Assembly: GCA_001179505.1 (NCBI GenBank)
Contig: CDMY01000218.1
Coordinates: forward strand, 1-64,000
Length of the DNA stretch: 64,000 nucleotides
Direction: 5' to 3'
DNA from: Vitrella brassicaformis CCMP3155
Lineage: Eukaryota; Protista; Chromerida
Position 1 is the stretch's first letter. Each line of letters begins with the position of its first letter. The notes under the pieces were generated by a model that did no database searches, was not told where the DNA came from, and saw nothing but the letters and a program-made list of their open reading frames with translations. The translations under genes were made by a program, and so were the position numbers. This document shows, piece after piece, positions 49,503 to 62,100 of the stretch.

Positions 49503-52500
49503 CTACATATGGGTGCGTGGGGGCCTCCTCTCGTGTGGTGGCGGTGGGTGGTGGGTGGGGTGCTCCTCGTCGCACACGCTGCCCTTGTCGGCGGCCGGAG
49601 AGGGCATGGACGGGGCTGCACGGGACGACGTGTCACTTGGGGGTATTGGTGGGGGCCGGTGCGAACCCAGGCATGCCCGCTGCATAGGCTGCTGGTGGTG
49701 CGGGTGGTGCGAATGCGGGTGCAGGCGCTGCCTGTGGTGCTGGCGGGGTCGGTGAAGGGAAGAGCATGGCCGGCAGTCCGTAGCCCCCTGCTGTGCGTGT
49801 GCAAATGGCGGTGGCTGGTGCACTGGTGGCCCTTCGCCCTTGGCAAGGCTGATCAGCGGGTTGTTGGTCATGTCAACACCCACACCACGCATACCACCCA
49901 CACCAGGCATTCCCATCGGCATCGGCCCTGGTGGAACGAAAGGGCCATGTGGGTGTCCGAAGGGCAGGGCCGGTGGCGGCATAGACGACTGGGCCGGCGA
50001 CGGGGGCGGAGTGGGCCTCGGGCGGGGCTGCGGCGAGTTGGGCGGGTACAACAGGTGTGAGAGCGTCGTCTTGGTGGGCGACATGCCGGGCGAGCCCGCA
50101 GGCGCAGGCAGTGGCGCGGAGGGGGGCGGGGGGGCCGGTGCGACAATCACGCGCGGCGGAGGCGAGTACTCCTGCGCAGAGAGACACACACAGGGAGGGA
50201 GGGAGAGACACAGACACGATGACCGACCAGTGGCGTCATCCTGCTCGCTGTGTTGCTTCGCTTCCTTACCTTGTCCCGCTGTGTGGCCAGGGGTTCGACA
50301 TGGGCGTCGTGTGAGAAGGTGGGGTTCACGTTGTGCAGAGTGGCCTTCCTCTTCTGGGGGCTGCTGTTGGACTCGCTCCCCATCTGACTCACGTTCGTGC
50401 GCCCCGACGGGGTCACGGGCGCGCCAGACGAGATCTGAGGCTTCAGCTGCTGCCAGAGGTGGGGAGGGGGCGGGGGACCCCCACGCCGCACGTCGTGCGC
50501 GAAGGGGTGCTCGGGCAGCAGCGGCAGAAACCCATGTATCGGCATTATGTGCTGCATGTGTGGGGGCGGGGGCGGCATCGCGCCCATCCCGCCCTCAGGC
50601 ACCGCATTGCCCACGGCGAACCCCTGAGCCACAAACGGGCCCGGCCCCATGGCGCCCGGCGGAGCGACTTGAAAGAAGTGCGGCGGCATGGGTGGGGGGC
50701 GCTGGTCGGTTGCCGCGTGGATGCCCTTCTTTTTCTGTATCTTGAGCGGCGCCGGCCTGAAGCCTGCCTTGAGCCCCTTGCCCCTCCCGGCGCCCTTCTT
50801 CTTGCCGCCCTTGCCGCCACCAGCCCCACCCACACCCAGATCGCCCTCGAACGCCGCCAGGGAGTCATCGGCCTTGGCGCCAGGCCACGCGGGATGGTGG
50901 TAGAAGGGCGGGGCGGGTACGCTGACGGCGACGGGGACGGCCGGCTCGGCGGCCTCGCCCTGCTGCTGGCCGTCTGCGCCCTCTGCGCCCTCTGAGCGTG
51001 CAGCGTGCCTGGAGCCGACCTTGTGGATGGGCATCTTGGGCAGCGGGGACGGGGAAGGGCTGGGGCTGGGCAGCTCGTCCTCCGCGGCCTCGGTCGCAGC
51101 TGAGAGACAGATGGACCAGCAGGCAGAGACAGACAACAGGTGGTGTGGTGTTCCGTGGCTGTGTGGACAGGACAGCGTACCCCATTTGGCGGCAGTTTCA
51201 GAGGTCATGAACTCGTAGCCCAGGTCGTCGAGTGAGTCGACGGGTCCGCCCCGGTTGGGGCCGCGGATGAGCTCCTCGAGATGCTCGCCTTGCAGCGCCA
51301 CCCAACGGAACGCACCCGCATCACGCTGATGGATGGACACACGAATGAACCACACACACACACACACGACAGAGACGGTGAGCTTTGGTTGGTCTCGGTG
51401 TGTGTCTGTCGACATGTGTGTGTGTGTTGTGTGGCGGGGAGCTCTTCACCCACCTTGTCATTGAAGTACCAAAACTTGCGGAAGCGACCGNNNNNNNNNN
51501 NNNNNNNNNNNNNNNNNNNNNNNNNNNNNNNNNNNNNNNNNNNNNNNNNNNNNNNNNNNNNNNNNNNNNNNNNNNNNNNNNNNNNNNNNNNNNNNNNNNN
51601 NNNNNNNNNNNNNNNNNNNNNNNNNNNNNNNNNNNNNNNNNNNNNNNNNNNNNNNNNNNNNNNNNNNNNNNNNNNNNNNNNNNNNNNNNNNNNNNNNNNN
51701 NNNNNNNNNNNNNNNNNNNNNNNNNNNNNNNNNNNNNNNNNNNNNNNNNNNNNNNNNNNNNNNNNNNNNNNNNNNNNNNNNNNNNNNNNNCCGGAAGCTC
51801 TTCTGGGGGCTGCTGTTGGACTCGCTCCCCGTCTGACTCACGTTCGTGCGCCCCGACGGGGTCACCGGCGCACCAGACGAGATCTGAGGCTTCAGCTGCT
51901 GCCAGAGATGGGGAGGGGGCGGGGGACCCCCACGCCGCACGTCGTGCGCGAAGGGGTGCTCGGGCAGCGGCGGCAGAAACCCATGTATCGGCATCATGTG
52001 CTGCATGTGTGGGGGCGGGGGCGGCATCGCGCCCATCCCGCCCTCAGGCACCGCATTGCCCACGGCGAACCCCTGAGCCACAAACGGGCCCGGCCCCATG
52101 GCGCCCGGCGGAGCGACTTGAAAGAAGTGCGGCGGCATGGGTGGGGGGCGCTGGTCGGTCGCCGCGTGGATGCCCTTCTTTTTCTGTATCTTGAGCGGCG
52201 CCGGCCTGAAGCCTGCCTTGAGCCCCTTGCCCCTCCCGCCGCCCTTCTTCTTGCCGCCCTTGCCGCCACCAGCCCCACCCATACCCAGATCGCCCTCGAA
52301 CGCCGCCAGGGAGTCATCGACCTTGGCGCCAGGCCACGCGGGATGGTGGTAGAAGGGCGGGGCGGGTACGCTGACGGCGACGGGGACGGCCGGCTCGGCG
52401 GCCTCGCCCTGCTGCTGGCCGTCTGCGCCCTCTGCGCCCTCTGAGCGTGCAGCGTGCCTGGAGCCGACCTTGTGGATGGGCATCTTGGGCAGCGGGGACG

Positions 52501-55500
52501 GGGAAGGGCTGGGGCTCGGCAGCTCGTCCTCGGCGGCCTCGGTCGCAGCTGAGAGACAGATGGACCAGCAGAGACAGACAACAGGTGGTGTGGTGTTCCG
52601 TGGCTGTGTGGACAGGACAGCGTACCCCATTTGGCGGCAGTTTCAGAGGTCATGAACTCGTAGCCGAGGTCGTCGAGTGAGTCGACGGGGCCGCCCCGGT
52701 TGGGGCCGCGGATGAGCTCCTCGAGATGCTCGCCTTGCAGCGCCACCCAACGGAACGCACCGGCATCACGCTGATGGATCGACACACGAATGAACCACAC
52801 ACACACACACACACGCGACAGAGACAGTGAGCTTTGGTTGGTCTCGGTGTGTGTGTCTGCATGTGTGTGTGTTGTGTTGTGTGGAGGTCTTCACCCACCT
52901 TGTCATTGAAGTACCAAAACTTGCGGAAGCGACCGTTGTAATACCCAACCTGCACACACGCACACACCCATCATGCGCACATGAGCTCAAGTCTCATGTG
53001 GATGCGTGTGTCTCCGCTTACCGCCCAGCTGTTGGCCCTGCCATTCCAGTAGACCTTCGAGAAGCTCCCCTGCCCACCCTCGGGCGCCACCGCTGACGAG
53101 CGGCGCTTCTTCAACGCAGCAGCTGACGCAGCACTCATCTTCTTCTCGCCCCCACGGTTGACAATCTTCTGGCTAGGCATCCAGTCGCCCCCCTCGTCCC
53201 CCTCACCCCCGCCCTCCTCTGTCTCACCCTCTCCGCCAGTCACCNNNNNNNNNNNNNNNNNNNNNNNNNNNNNNNNNNNNNNNNNNNNNNNNNNNNNNNN
53301 NNNNNNNNNNNNNNNNNNNNNNNNNNNNNNNNNNNNNNNNNNNNNNNNNNNNNNNNNNNNNNNNNNNNNNNNNNNNNNNNNNNNNNNNNNNNNNNNNNNN
53401 NNNNNNNNNNNNNNNNNNNNNNNNNNNNNNNNNNNNNNNNNNNNNNNNNNNNNNNNNNNNNNNNNNNNNNNNNNNNNNNNNNNNNNNNNNNNNNNNNNNN
53501 NNNNNNNNNNNNNNNNNNNNNNNNNNNNNNNNNNNNNNNNNNNNGCTGAGAGACAGATGGACCAGCAGGCAGAGACAGACAACAGGTGGTGTGGTGTTCC
53601 GTGGCTGTGTGGACAGGACAGCGTACCCCATTTGGCGGCAGTTTCAGAGGTCATGAACTCGTAGCCCAGGTCGTCGAGTGAGTCGACGGGTCCGCCCCGG
53701 TTGGGGCCGCGGATGAGCTCCTCGAGATGCTCGCCTTGCAGCGCCACCCAACGGAACGCACCCGCATCACGCTGATGGATGGACACACGAATGAACCACA
53801 CACACACACACACGACAGAGACGGTGAGCTTTGGTTGGTCTCGGTGTGTGTCTGTCGACATGTGTGTGTGTGTTGTGTGGCGGGGAGCTCTTCACCCACC
53901 TTGTCATTGAAGTACCAAAACTTGCGGAAGCGACCGTTGTAATACCCAACCTGCACACACGCACACACCCATCATGCGCACATGAGCTCAAGTCTCATGT
54001 GGATGCGTGTGTCTCCGCTTACCGCCCAGCTGTTGGCCCTGCCATTCCAGTAGACCTTCGAGAAGCTCCCCTGCCCGCCCTCTGGCGCCACCGCTGACGA
54101 GCGGCGCTTCTTCAACGCAGCAGCTGACGCAGCACTCATCTTCTTCTCGTCCCCACGGTTGACAATCTTCTGGCTAGGCATCCAGTCGCCCCCCTCATCC
54201 CCCTCACCCCCGCCCTCCTTTGTCTCAGCCTCTCCGCCAGTCACCCCGCCCCCGTCAGCAGCAGTCGCCGCCGCAGCGGCTGCCGCAGCAGCAGCCGCCT
54301 TCTTCTCACGCTCCTCCTTGCGAGCCGCCGCCGACTTGGTGGTCTTGGCCTTAGCCTTACCCTCGGACCTCGGCGGCGGGCTCGGCAGCGGCTCCTCCTT
54401 CACTGAGGCGGGGAGTGTGGGCGTGGGCGTGGGTGGGGGCGGGGTGGGGGAGGGCGGCATGGGGGTCATGCGGTCCTTGGCGTTGGCCGCCCGGATCTGC
54501 AGGCCCATCTGACGGATGGCATTGCTCCAGTTGCTGAGGTCGTTGTCGCCGCCGTCCAATGACCCCTCTGCCACCTCCAACTTGACCACCGCCCAGGGGT
54601 CCTCCCAGCCCGCTCCCGTGCCCACCACCGACCCGGGCGACTCCAGGCGGCCGCCAGGCGACAGGTTGAGCGCCCCGGCCTCGGTCTCGGCGGCCTTGAT
54701 GGCCTCTATGTCAGCCACAAACGTGGCGTGGGGGTCGTGACGCGCCAAAATCCGCTGTGCGGGGTGCACGTACTGGTCGTTGTCTTTGTCTGCATTGGCC
54801 CCCACCTTGCGACGCTTCGACTGGCGAGGGGGCGGCTTCTTGCGTGGCAGCGGGGGCAGGGGCGTGTTGGGCGCCTGCGCCTGGCCGGCCGGGGGCTCCT
54901 CCTCGGCGGGGAGTCCGCCAAAGGTGGGGAAGGGCGAGGGAGGGGGCGGCTCGGGGACAGGGAGCGCCGCGTACTGCGCCACCATGACGGCATCGTTCTC
55001 CCCCTCGGCGCTCGACTTGCTGGGTGAGGAGTTGACCATCTCGTGCTGGAACCGCTTGGACGGCGACATGTCCTCCAGCCGACCTGCCTGCATCAGCTGC
55101 GCTCGCCGGTTGCGCGTCAGCAGCCCGTCGTCACGGTCGCCCCGGAGGTGCCTGTCCTGCAGCAGGTCCGTGCGCAGACTCGCCAGCGCGCGCCGCTTGC
55201 GCGCCTCGGGCGACGGCAGGTCGAACAGGGACGACGGTACGCCGTGGTGGTACGCCGCGCGATGCCGCCTGTGTCTGGCCATGAGTGTTTCCTCCTCGCC
55301 GGCCGATGCGGAGGGGTGCGGGTCGGGCAAAAACAGGGGCGTGGGCGGCCCCCCTCCCCCTCGGTATCGGCGGCGAGACGAGAAGGGGTCGGGGGATGGC
55401 TCGGTGCACGGCGACAGGGAGGGGGATCCCTTCTTCTTGCGGTCCCACCCCGAGCCGCCGTACGGCGAGGGGCTGCCGCCCAGACGTCTGCGGCGGGAGG

Positions 55501-56871
55501 CGTTCTTGCGCGCGAAGTCCTCAGCAAGCTTCTGCGCCTCGTCGAAGCCCAGGCGCTGCGACACACACATGTACTAAGCATGAGCCGAGCCATCCACGGG
55601 TGTGTCTGGTGTGCGAGGGATGATTTGTTCTGTTTTGTGTGTGGTCTGCCTCCTCGCTGCCTGTGTGTGGTGCGCATACCCTGGCTGGAAACGTCTTCAT
55701 GCGACGTTTGCCGCTCTGGTCGTCAGTGAAGTTGACACGCCACTCCTGCACACGACCACACCAGAACGGACAGAGTGAGTGAGTGCCGTCACGTCTGTGT
55801 GTGTGTGTGTGTGTGTCGGATGGGGTACCTCTCTGGGCGGCCAGTAGTAGACCCCCCGTATCTGCGAAGTGGGGCAGTCGGGGTTGGTGCTGATCCCGCC
55901 GCCTCCGATAATGGGCGACAGCAGACGCCCCCCCGCACCCGGACTCTTGCGCCGAGCACTTCCCGCGTTCCCCCCACCCCCACCCGCACCGCCGCCCCCG
56001 CGACCCACACGCGACCCCGGCGTGTAGTCGTCATCGTTAGCCGGCTCCTCGTCCTGGTTCTCCATTTCCGCGTCGCTCTCCGACGCGTTGGCCTTGCGCG
56101 ACTGCCGCACCTTGCGGCCGGACCGGCGCGGCCCCTCGTACTTGTCATCCTCGTCGAGGGCTCGCGGCGATGGCGGAGGTGGAGGGACCGGGCTGGCCAC
56201 CTCCTTGGTGGTCTCCTCCTTGCAGGGTGTCACGTGCACTTGCGGGGGCGTGATGGTAGGGATGGGAGGGACGGGAGGGGCAGGGGGCATGTCGACATCG
56301 GCCTTGACCTCAGTGGTCTTCGTGTCCGGCGCCTCCCGCCCTGGTTGTTCCATGACGGATGGTGCTGGTGCGTCCTGGGACGACATGGGGGGTGGTGCGA
56401 CGTTTCTGGTCTCGGGGGAGTCTTCAGCAACGACAAAATTCACGGCAGGGTGGTGAGGATGAGGTTGCGGGTAAGGTGGTGGCTGGTTCTTGGGGCTTCC
56501 TTCTGCTTCGCCGAATGTGGCGCTGGAAGAGCAGTTGCTTAATAACGAAGGTAACACCTGGGCGCTGCTGCGGCTAATCTGAGAGGGCAACACACACACA
56601 CACAGCAGAGAAACAGAGACAAAAAGACAGACGTGAGATGGATGGGGGTGAATGCAGCCACGGGTCCGTGTATGGGGAAGCTGCAAGCGCCTGTCCCTGC
56701 CCTTCCCTCCCTCCTCATCCCAACCTCCCTCGCTCATGAGTCCTCTCAGCTACTCATCGGCTCTGCCCGGCCTGACTGCGCGCGCCAGTGCGAGACCCCT
56801 CCGCCTCCCCAACTCACCAGAGCACTGTCCTCTACGGCTGTCTGCTGATCCGCATGAGCGCCAGATGCCAT
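49503..56871 (-). CDS. ApiAP2-family transcription factor (two AP2-like domains, Pro-rich low complexity)
   Basis: AP2-1 spliced: QIRGVYYWPPREEWRVNFTDDQSGKRRMKTFPARRLGFDEAQKLAEDFARK. AP2-2-like: SKVYWNGRANSWAVGYYNGRFRKFWYFNDKRDAGAFRWVAL. The C-terminal region is repeated and interrupted by two gaps. The stop may instead be at 49633 in another frame. Confidence 0.8.
50340..54244 (-). repeat. Three tandem occurrences of the AP2-2-containing block, separated by N gaps (51491-51790, 53245-53544)
   Basis: The RDAGAFRWVALQGEHLEELIRG exon occurs near 51.2-51.3, 52.6-52.8 and 53.6-53.8 kb. The outer two look identical where they overlap; the middle one carries substitutions. Confidence 0.85.
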
Positions 56872-57754
56872 ATGAGCCTCTCCTCCGAACCCGAGAGCGC
56901 GAGACAACCCTCTCGGAGAGAAGTCGGGCGACCCGCAATGATTCACTCAGCCTCTCCGTCCAGCAACACGAGAGGGGGTCACAACGCCGTCCACAGGTGC
57001 TTCAGGCGATTGGTGCGGACCTCCTCCCTGCACCGAGCGATCCACCACAGAAAGCGATGCTCATTTTTCATTCCCGTGCCTCACGGGAGGCTCCGTGAGC
57101 TTCCCTGACCCTCAGGACGCTGCCGTGAATGCTCACCTGTTGGGAATGGCAGGGCCGCGATGGCCGTTGGCGGCAAAAGGGCAGAGAGTGGAGGCAAAGG
57201 GCTGCCTGCGATGGATCAAGAAGAGCCTGGCGCCCTGTCTCTACCCACACCAATGACCTCAGACGCGCCAGGTGTCCAAAAAGTAGGACCTCGCCTTGCT
57301 CCGGGGCTTAGGGCGCGCAATGGGCGCTCGCTTGCGCGAAACGATATTTTAGCTGGCTAAGCTCGCATCCGAGCGAAGGGAGCGTTTGCAGCATCTCTGC
57401 GTGTTTGGTGGCGCACTGCCGCAAGAAACCAAACCACACACCTCAGCTGGACTCGCACGCCGAGTGCGTGAAGCCGCGTCGCAGCGTGGAGATTTGGCCA
57501 GAGGTTCGTTCTCTCTCGCGTGACGCCCAAGGGGCACACAACAGCAAGAGGTGCGGTGAGCAGGCACTTTCTTTGTGGCGTAGATCAGACGCTGCATGAC
57601 ATGACAGGTGCTGCTGAGGAGCCACTGTGGACTCTGTGTGTGCTGGTGTGGTTGCGCGTGTGCCGTGCCGTACAGGCGGGCAGGCAGGTTTTTGTTTGCG
57701 GGAGCGTGGGCGTGATTGAGGATGCCAACCACTTCGGCAGACCTGGACTCAGGC

Positions 57755-59110
57755 ATGGGTGACCTCCGTGACCAGTAAGAAGCGGATCCACACAGACACT
57801 CCTGTACCATGTGTGTGTGCCACGATGGATGCCCCTTCTCTGCCTCTCCCTCTCCCTCTCTCTCTCTCCCCGTGTGTGTGTGGATGTGATGGCTGCAGGT
57901 ACATCTCCAAGATCCCCTCCTCGGCCTTCCTGACCCTCGCCCCCGACCTGCTCAAGGAGGGCTCCGTCTACGTCGCGCAGCTCTCCACCGTCGACGGCGG
58001 CCGCGACGCCTTCATCACCGAGGCGCGGAGCCTCGTCATCGAGAACGACGAGGCCACGACGCATGTGGACGTGCTGCAGAACCTCGAGGACCCCTCACAG
58101 TGGATGGTCATAGAGGCCTACAAGCGGGGCGGCGGGCCGGCCAGGGATGCGCAGGGCAAGCTCTCGGGGTTCCTCAAGCGCACCGAGAAGCTCATGAGCG
58201 TGCCGGAGGACATGAGCGAGCTCGAGATGATGGTGGAGTCGCCCGATCTGGCCGAGAAGCGGGACCTGACGACCGTGTACCTGGAGCAGGTGCAGTGCAA
58301 GCCCGGCATAGGCATGGACGACAAGCTGATCGAGGCCACGAGGACGCTCTCGAGGGCGGTCGGCGGCCACACCACCGCCCCCGACACACCCAGCACCACC
58401 ACCACCACCAGCCCCGCCAGCACCATGGCCAACGGCAGCAAGCCCGACGCACTGAGAGTGGTCCCCCCCTCCCCCGGCACCATAGCCGCCCTCGAGATGG
58501 TGCGCGACAAGGCCAACCGCTTCATCTTCAGCCTCTTCCTCCACTGTCGATCTGCCAACGACGCCATGGAGATCAGGCAGGGCCGCGACTTCCAGGCCTG
58601 GGCCGAAGCGGTCGCACCCTACCTCGACGGCGGGGCCAAGGTCTACTACTACCGCTCCGTCATCCCCTCTGCAGACAAGAGCCCCATCCCAGTGCGGGCC
58701 GCCGTGCCCTCAGCGGAGCTCAAGCGGCTGCCTGTGAGGGACAGCTCCTACTGGGAGCCGCAGAGCGACGGGACGGCCGTGATTATGGACGACGAGAATC
58801 TGCTGCCGTACAGCGACGAGCTCAAGAAGCGGTACCAGAGCTACCTCGACTACAAGAATGCCATTGTCGAGAAGGAGGGGTCGCTGGAGCGGTTTGCCCA
58901 GGGGTATCGGCTGTATGGCTTCAACAGGGTGGAGGGGGGGTCGCGGGGGAAGGGGTGGCTGCTGCGCGAGTGGCTGCCGGCCGCCAAGGCCGTCACGCTC
59001 ATGGGCGACTTCAACGACTGGAACCGGGAGAGCCACCCACTCGTCAGCGACGATTTTGGCAGGTGGACCCTCTTCCTCCCGGACGATAGGAAGACCGGTA
59101 AGGCCATTCT

Positions 59111-59141
<31 letters not shown>

Positions 59142-62100
59142 GGATGGATGGATGGATGGATGGCACGTGTATTGTTTCAGGTGAGTGGGCGTTGCAGCAC
59201 AAGTGCAAGGTGAAGCTGCACATCCAAGGCAGCGACGACGAGTGGTTCGACCGCATCCCCGCATGGACACGACTCGCCTGGCACTCGGCCACCACCAACC
59301 TCTTCGACGCCATCATCTGGACGCCCAAGACCCCGGAGAAGTACACCCCCAAGCACCCCCGCCCTCCCCGCCCCTCCACTCTCAAGATCTACGAGGCCCA
59401 CGTCGGCGTCAGCTCGCTGGAGGAGAAGATCGGCACCTATGTGGAGTTCATCGACGAGGTGCTGCCGAGGGTGGCGCGGCTGGGGTACAACGCCATCCTG
59501 CTCATCGGCGTGCAGGAGCACGCCTACTATGCCAGCATGGGATTCCATCCCACAAACCTTTTCGCGCCGTCCTCTCGGTTCGGCAGCCCGGAGGAGCTCA
59601 AACAGCTGGTGAGAACCACAAGACTTCGCTCACACACGCACAGAGAGAGAGAGTGCTGTGTGTGTGGGTGGCAGATCGACATTGCGCATGGGTACGGCTT
59701 GGTGGTGATGATGGACGTGGTGCACTGCCACGTGTCGACCAACGCCCTGGACGGCCTCAACCTGATGGACGGCAGCGAGGGCTGCTACCTGCATGAGGGG
59801 CTCAGAGGGCTCAACCCGGCATGGGACTGCAGGCTATTCAACTACAAGCAGGTGGGGACTGGACTGGCCCCAGACAGACAGACACAATCACACACGCAGA
59901 GAGAGGGAGGGAGAGATGGATGGAATGGAGATGGATCCATGTGTGTGTGGTGTGTGCTGTGTGGTGTGTGCAGTGGGAGGTGACGCGCTTCCTGCTGTCC
60001 AACCTGCGGTACTTCATCGACGAGTTCATGGTGGACGGCTTCAGGTTCGTCGGCGTCACATCGATGATCTACAAGCACCAGGGCATCTGCGCTAAGTTCA
60101 CCGGTTCGTTCGCACGCCACCCACCCCACCCCACCCACAGAGAGAGGGAGGGAGGGAGCGAACGGCGGGCAATTTCCACCCACCCTGTCTGTCTGTCTGT
60201 CTGTCTGTGTGTTAAATGCCCCAGGTGACTACGCACAGTACTTCGGTTTTGACAGCGACGAGGAGGCCATCACGTACCTGACGCTGGCCAACGAGCTGGT
60301 GCACACGCTGCTGCCCGACCACGGCATCACCATCGCAGAGGAGACCAGCAACATACCCACTCTCTGCAAACCCGTCGCCAAGGGCGGCATCGGATTCGAC
60401 TACAGACTCGCCATGGAGAAGGCCAATGCGTGGAGGCTGCTGGTGAGGGTGTGTGTGAGTCAGGCACCACACACAGACATGCAGACCCACACAGAGAGAG
60501 CGCCATTTCTCTCGTCGTGTGTGTGTTGTGTGTTAGGCAAAGCGCCGCCGCGACGAGGAGTGGGACTTCGAGGAGCTGGTGCAGACGCTGACAGGGCGCC
60601 GGAAGGGCGAGAAGTGCATCACCATGGTCGAGTCCAAGGAGCAGTGCCTCACCGCCAAACGGCCCCTCCTCGTCGCCATGTTTGCCTGGGAGTCCCTCCA
60701 CACCCACGCCGTCGGCGGCGTCGCCCCACACGTCACCGAGCTCGCCGCGGGGCTCCAGCGGCTCGGCCACGAGGTGCATGTCTTCGTGCGCACCACGCAG
60801 GGCGGCAACTCCCACAGGGTCTTCTATGGGGTGCACTACCACGAGTGCCAGTTCGGGCAGAACAACGACTTCGTGCAGGAGATGGTCAACATGTGCGACT
60901 CCTTCGTGTGGTCGATGGACCAGTCCGAGAACTTCATGAACGAGACCTACCAGATCACACACGCCCACGACTGGCTCGCCGGCAAGGCACTCGCCAAGGC
61001 CAAGCTCTCCGGACACAGAGCCGTCATGACGATGCACTCAACCGAGTTCGGCCGGTGCGGCAACAACGCCTATGGCGGCCAGTCGGGGCGTATCCGCGAC
61101 ATCGAGGCGGAGGCCTGCCACGTCAGCGACCGAGTCATTTGTGTTTCGGGGGTGCTTGCACAGGTACGTACGTCGTATGCGTGTTTGTGGAGCAGTCGGG
61201 TGAACCCACGCACATGGCCCTCTCTCTCCCTCTGTGTGTGTGTGTGTGTGTGTGTGGACTGGTCGATGCGCAGGAGGTGGTGGGTCAGTACGGGATTCAC
61301 GAGGGCAAGATCAAGGTCATCTACAACGGCATCCACGCCGAGCAGTTCGACGGCGAGGAGGACGCCGGCGCCATCAAGGGCAAGTACGGCATCGGCGCGA
61401 TGGAGCCCACCATCCTGTTCGTTGGCCGCATGGCCGTCCAGAAGGGCCCCGACCTGCTCGTCGAGGCCATCCCGATGATTCTCAACATGCGCAACGACTG
61501 CAAGTTCCTCATGGTCGGCGACGGGCACATGAAGGCCGGCCTCGAGGGCAGGACCCAGCAGCTCGGCGTGGGACACGCCGTCAGGTGGCTCGGCAAAAAG
61601 GGAGGCGGCGAGCTCAAGTCCCTTTTCAAGGTGCGCACGCCACGCCACGCCCGACCCCACCCACCCTCCCTCCCTGACACAACCAGAGACGCCTCACTCA
61701 CCACAAACCCTCCTCTGTGCTTTTGTGTCTGTGTGTATGGATGGATGGATGGACGGATGTCAGGCGTGTGACGCCGTAGTGGTGCCGTCGCGCAACGAGC
61801 CGTTCGGCATTGTGGTGCTAGAGGCCTGGTCGGCGAGCAAGCCAGTGGTGGCCACCACTTGTGGCGGGCCGCGCGACTTCGTCTCGCCCGACAACGACGG
61901 GTGGCTGGTGGACCCTGAGCCGGGCTCCATCGCCTGGGGCGTGTGCGAGATTTTGAAGAACTTCGCCCACAGCCAGTGGATGGGCACCCGGGGGCGCGTC
62001 AAGGCGGCCTTCAACTTCTCGTGGGACACCATCGCCCGCCAGACCCGTGACGTCTACTACGAGCAGATGAACCGCCACGACGCCCCGTACGCCAGCTACC

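Noticed and set aside
57334-57341. E2F-like site (TTTCGCGC on the minus strand) between the ApiAP2 and glucan genes
   Set aside because: A single 8-mer in 64 kb of GC-rich DNA is expected by chance.
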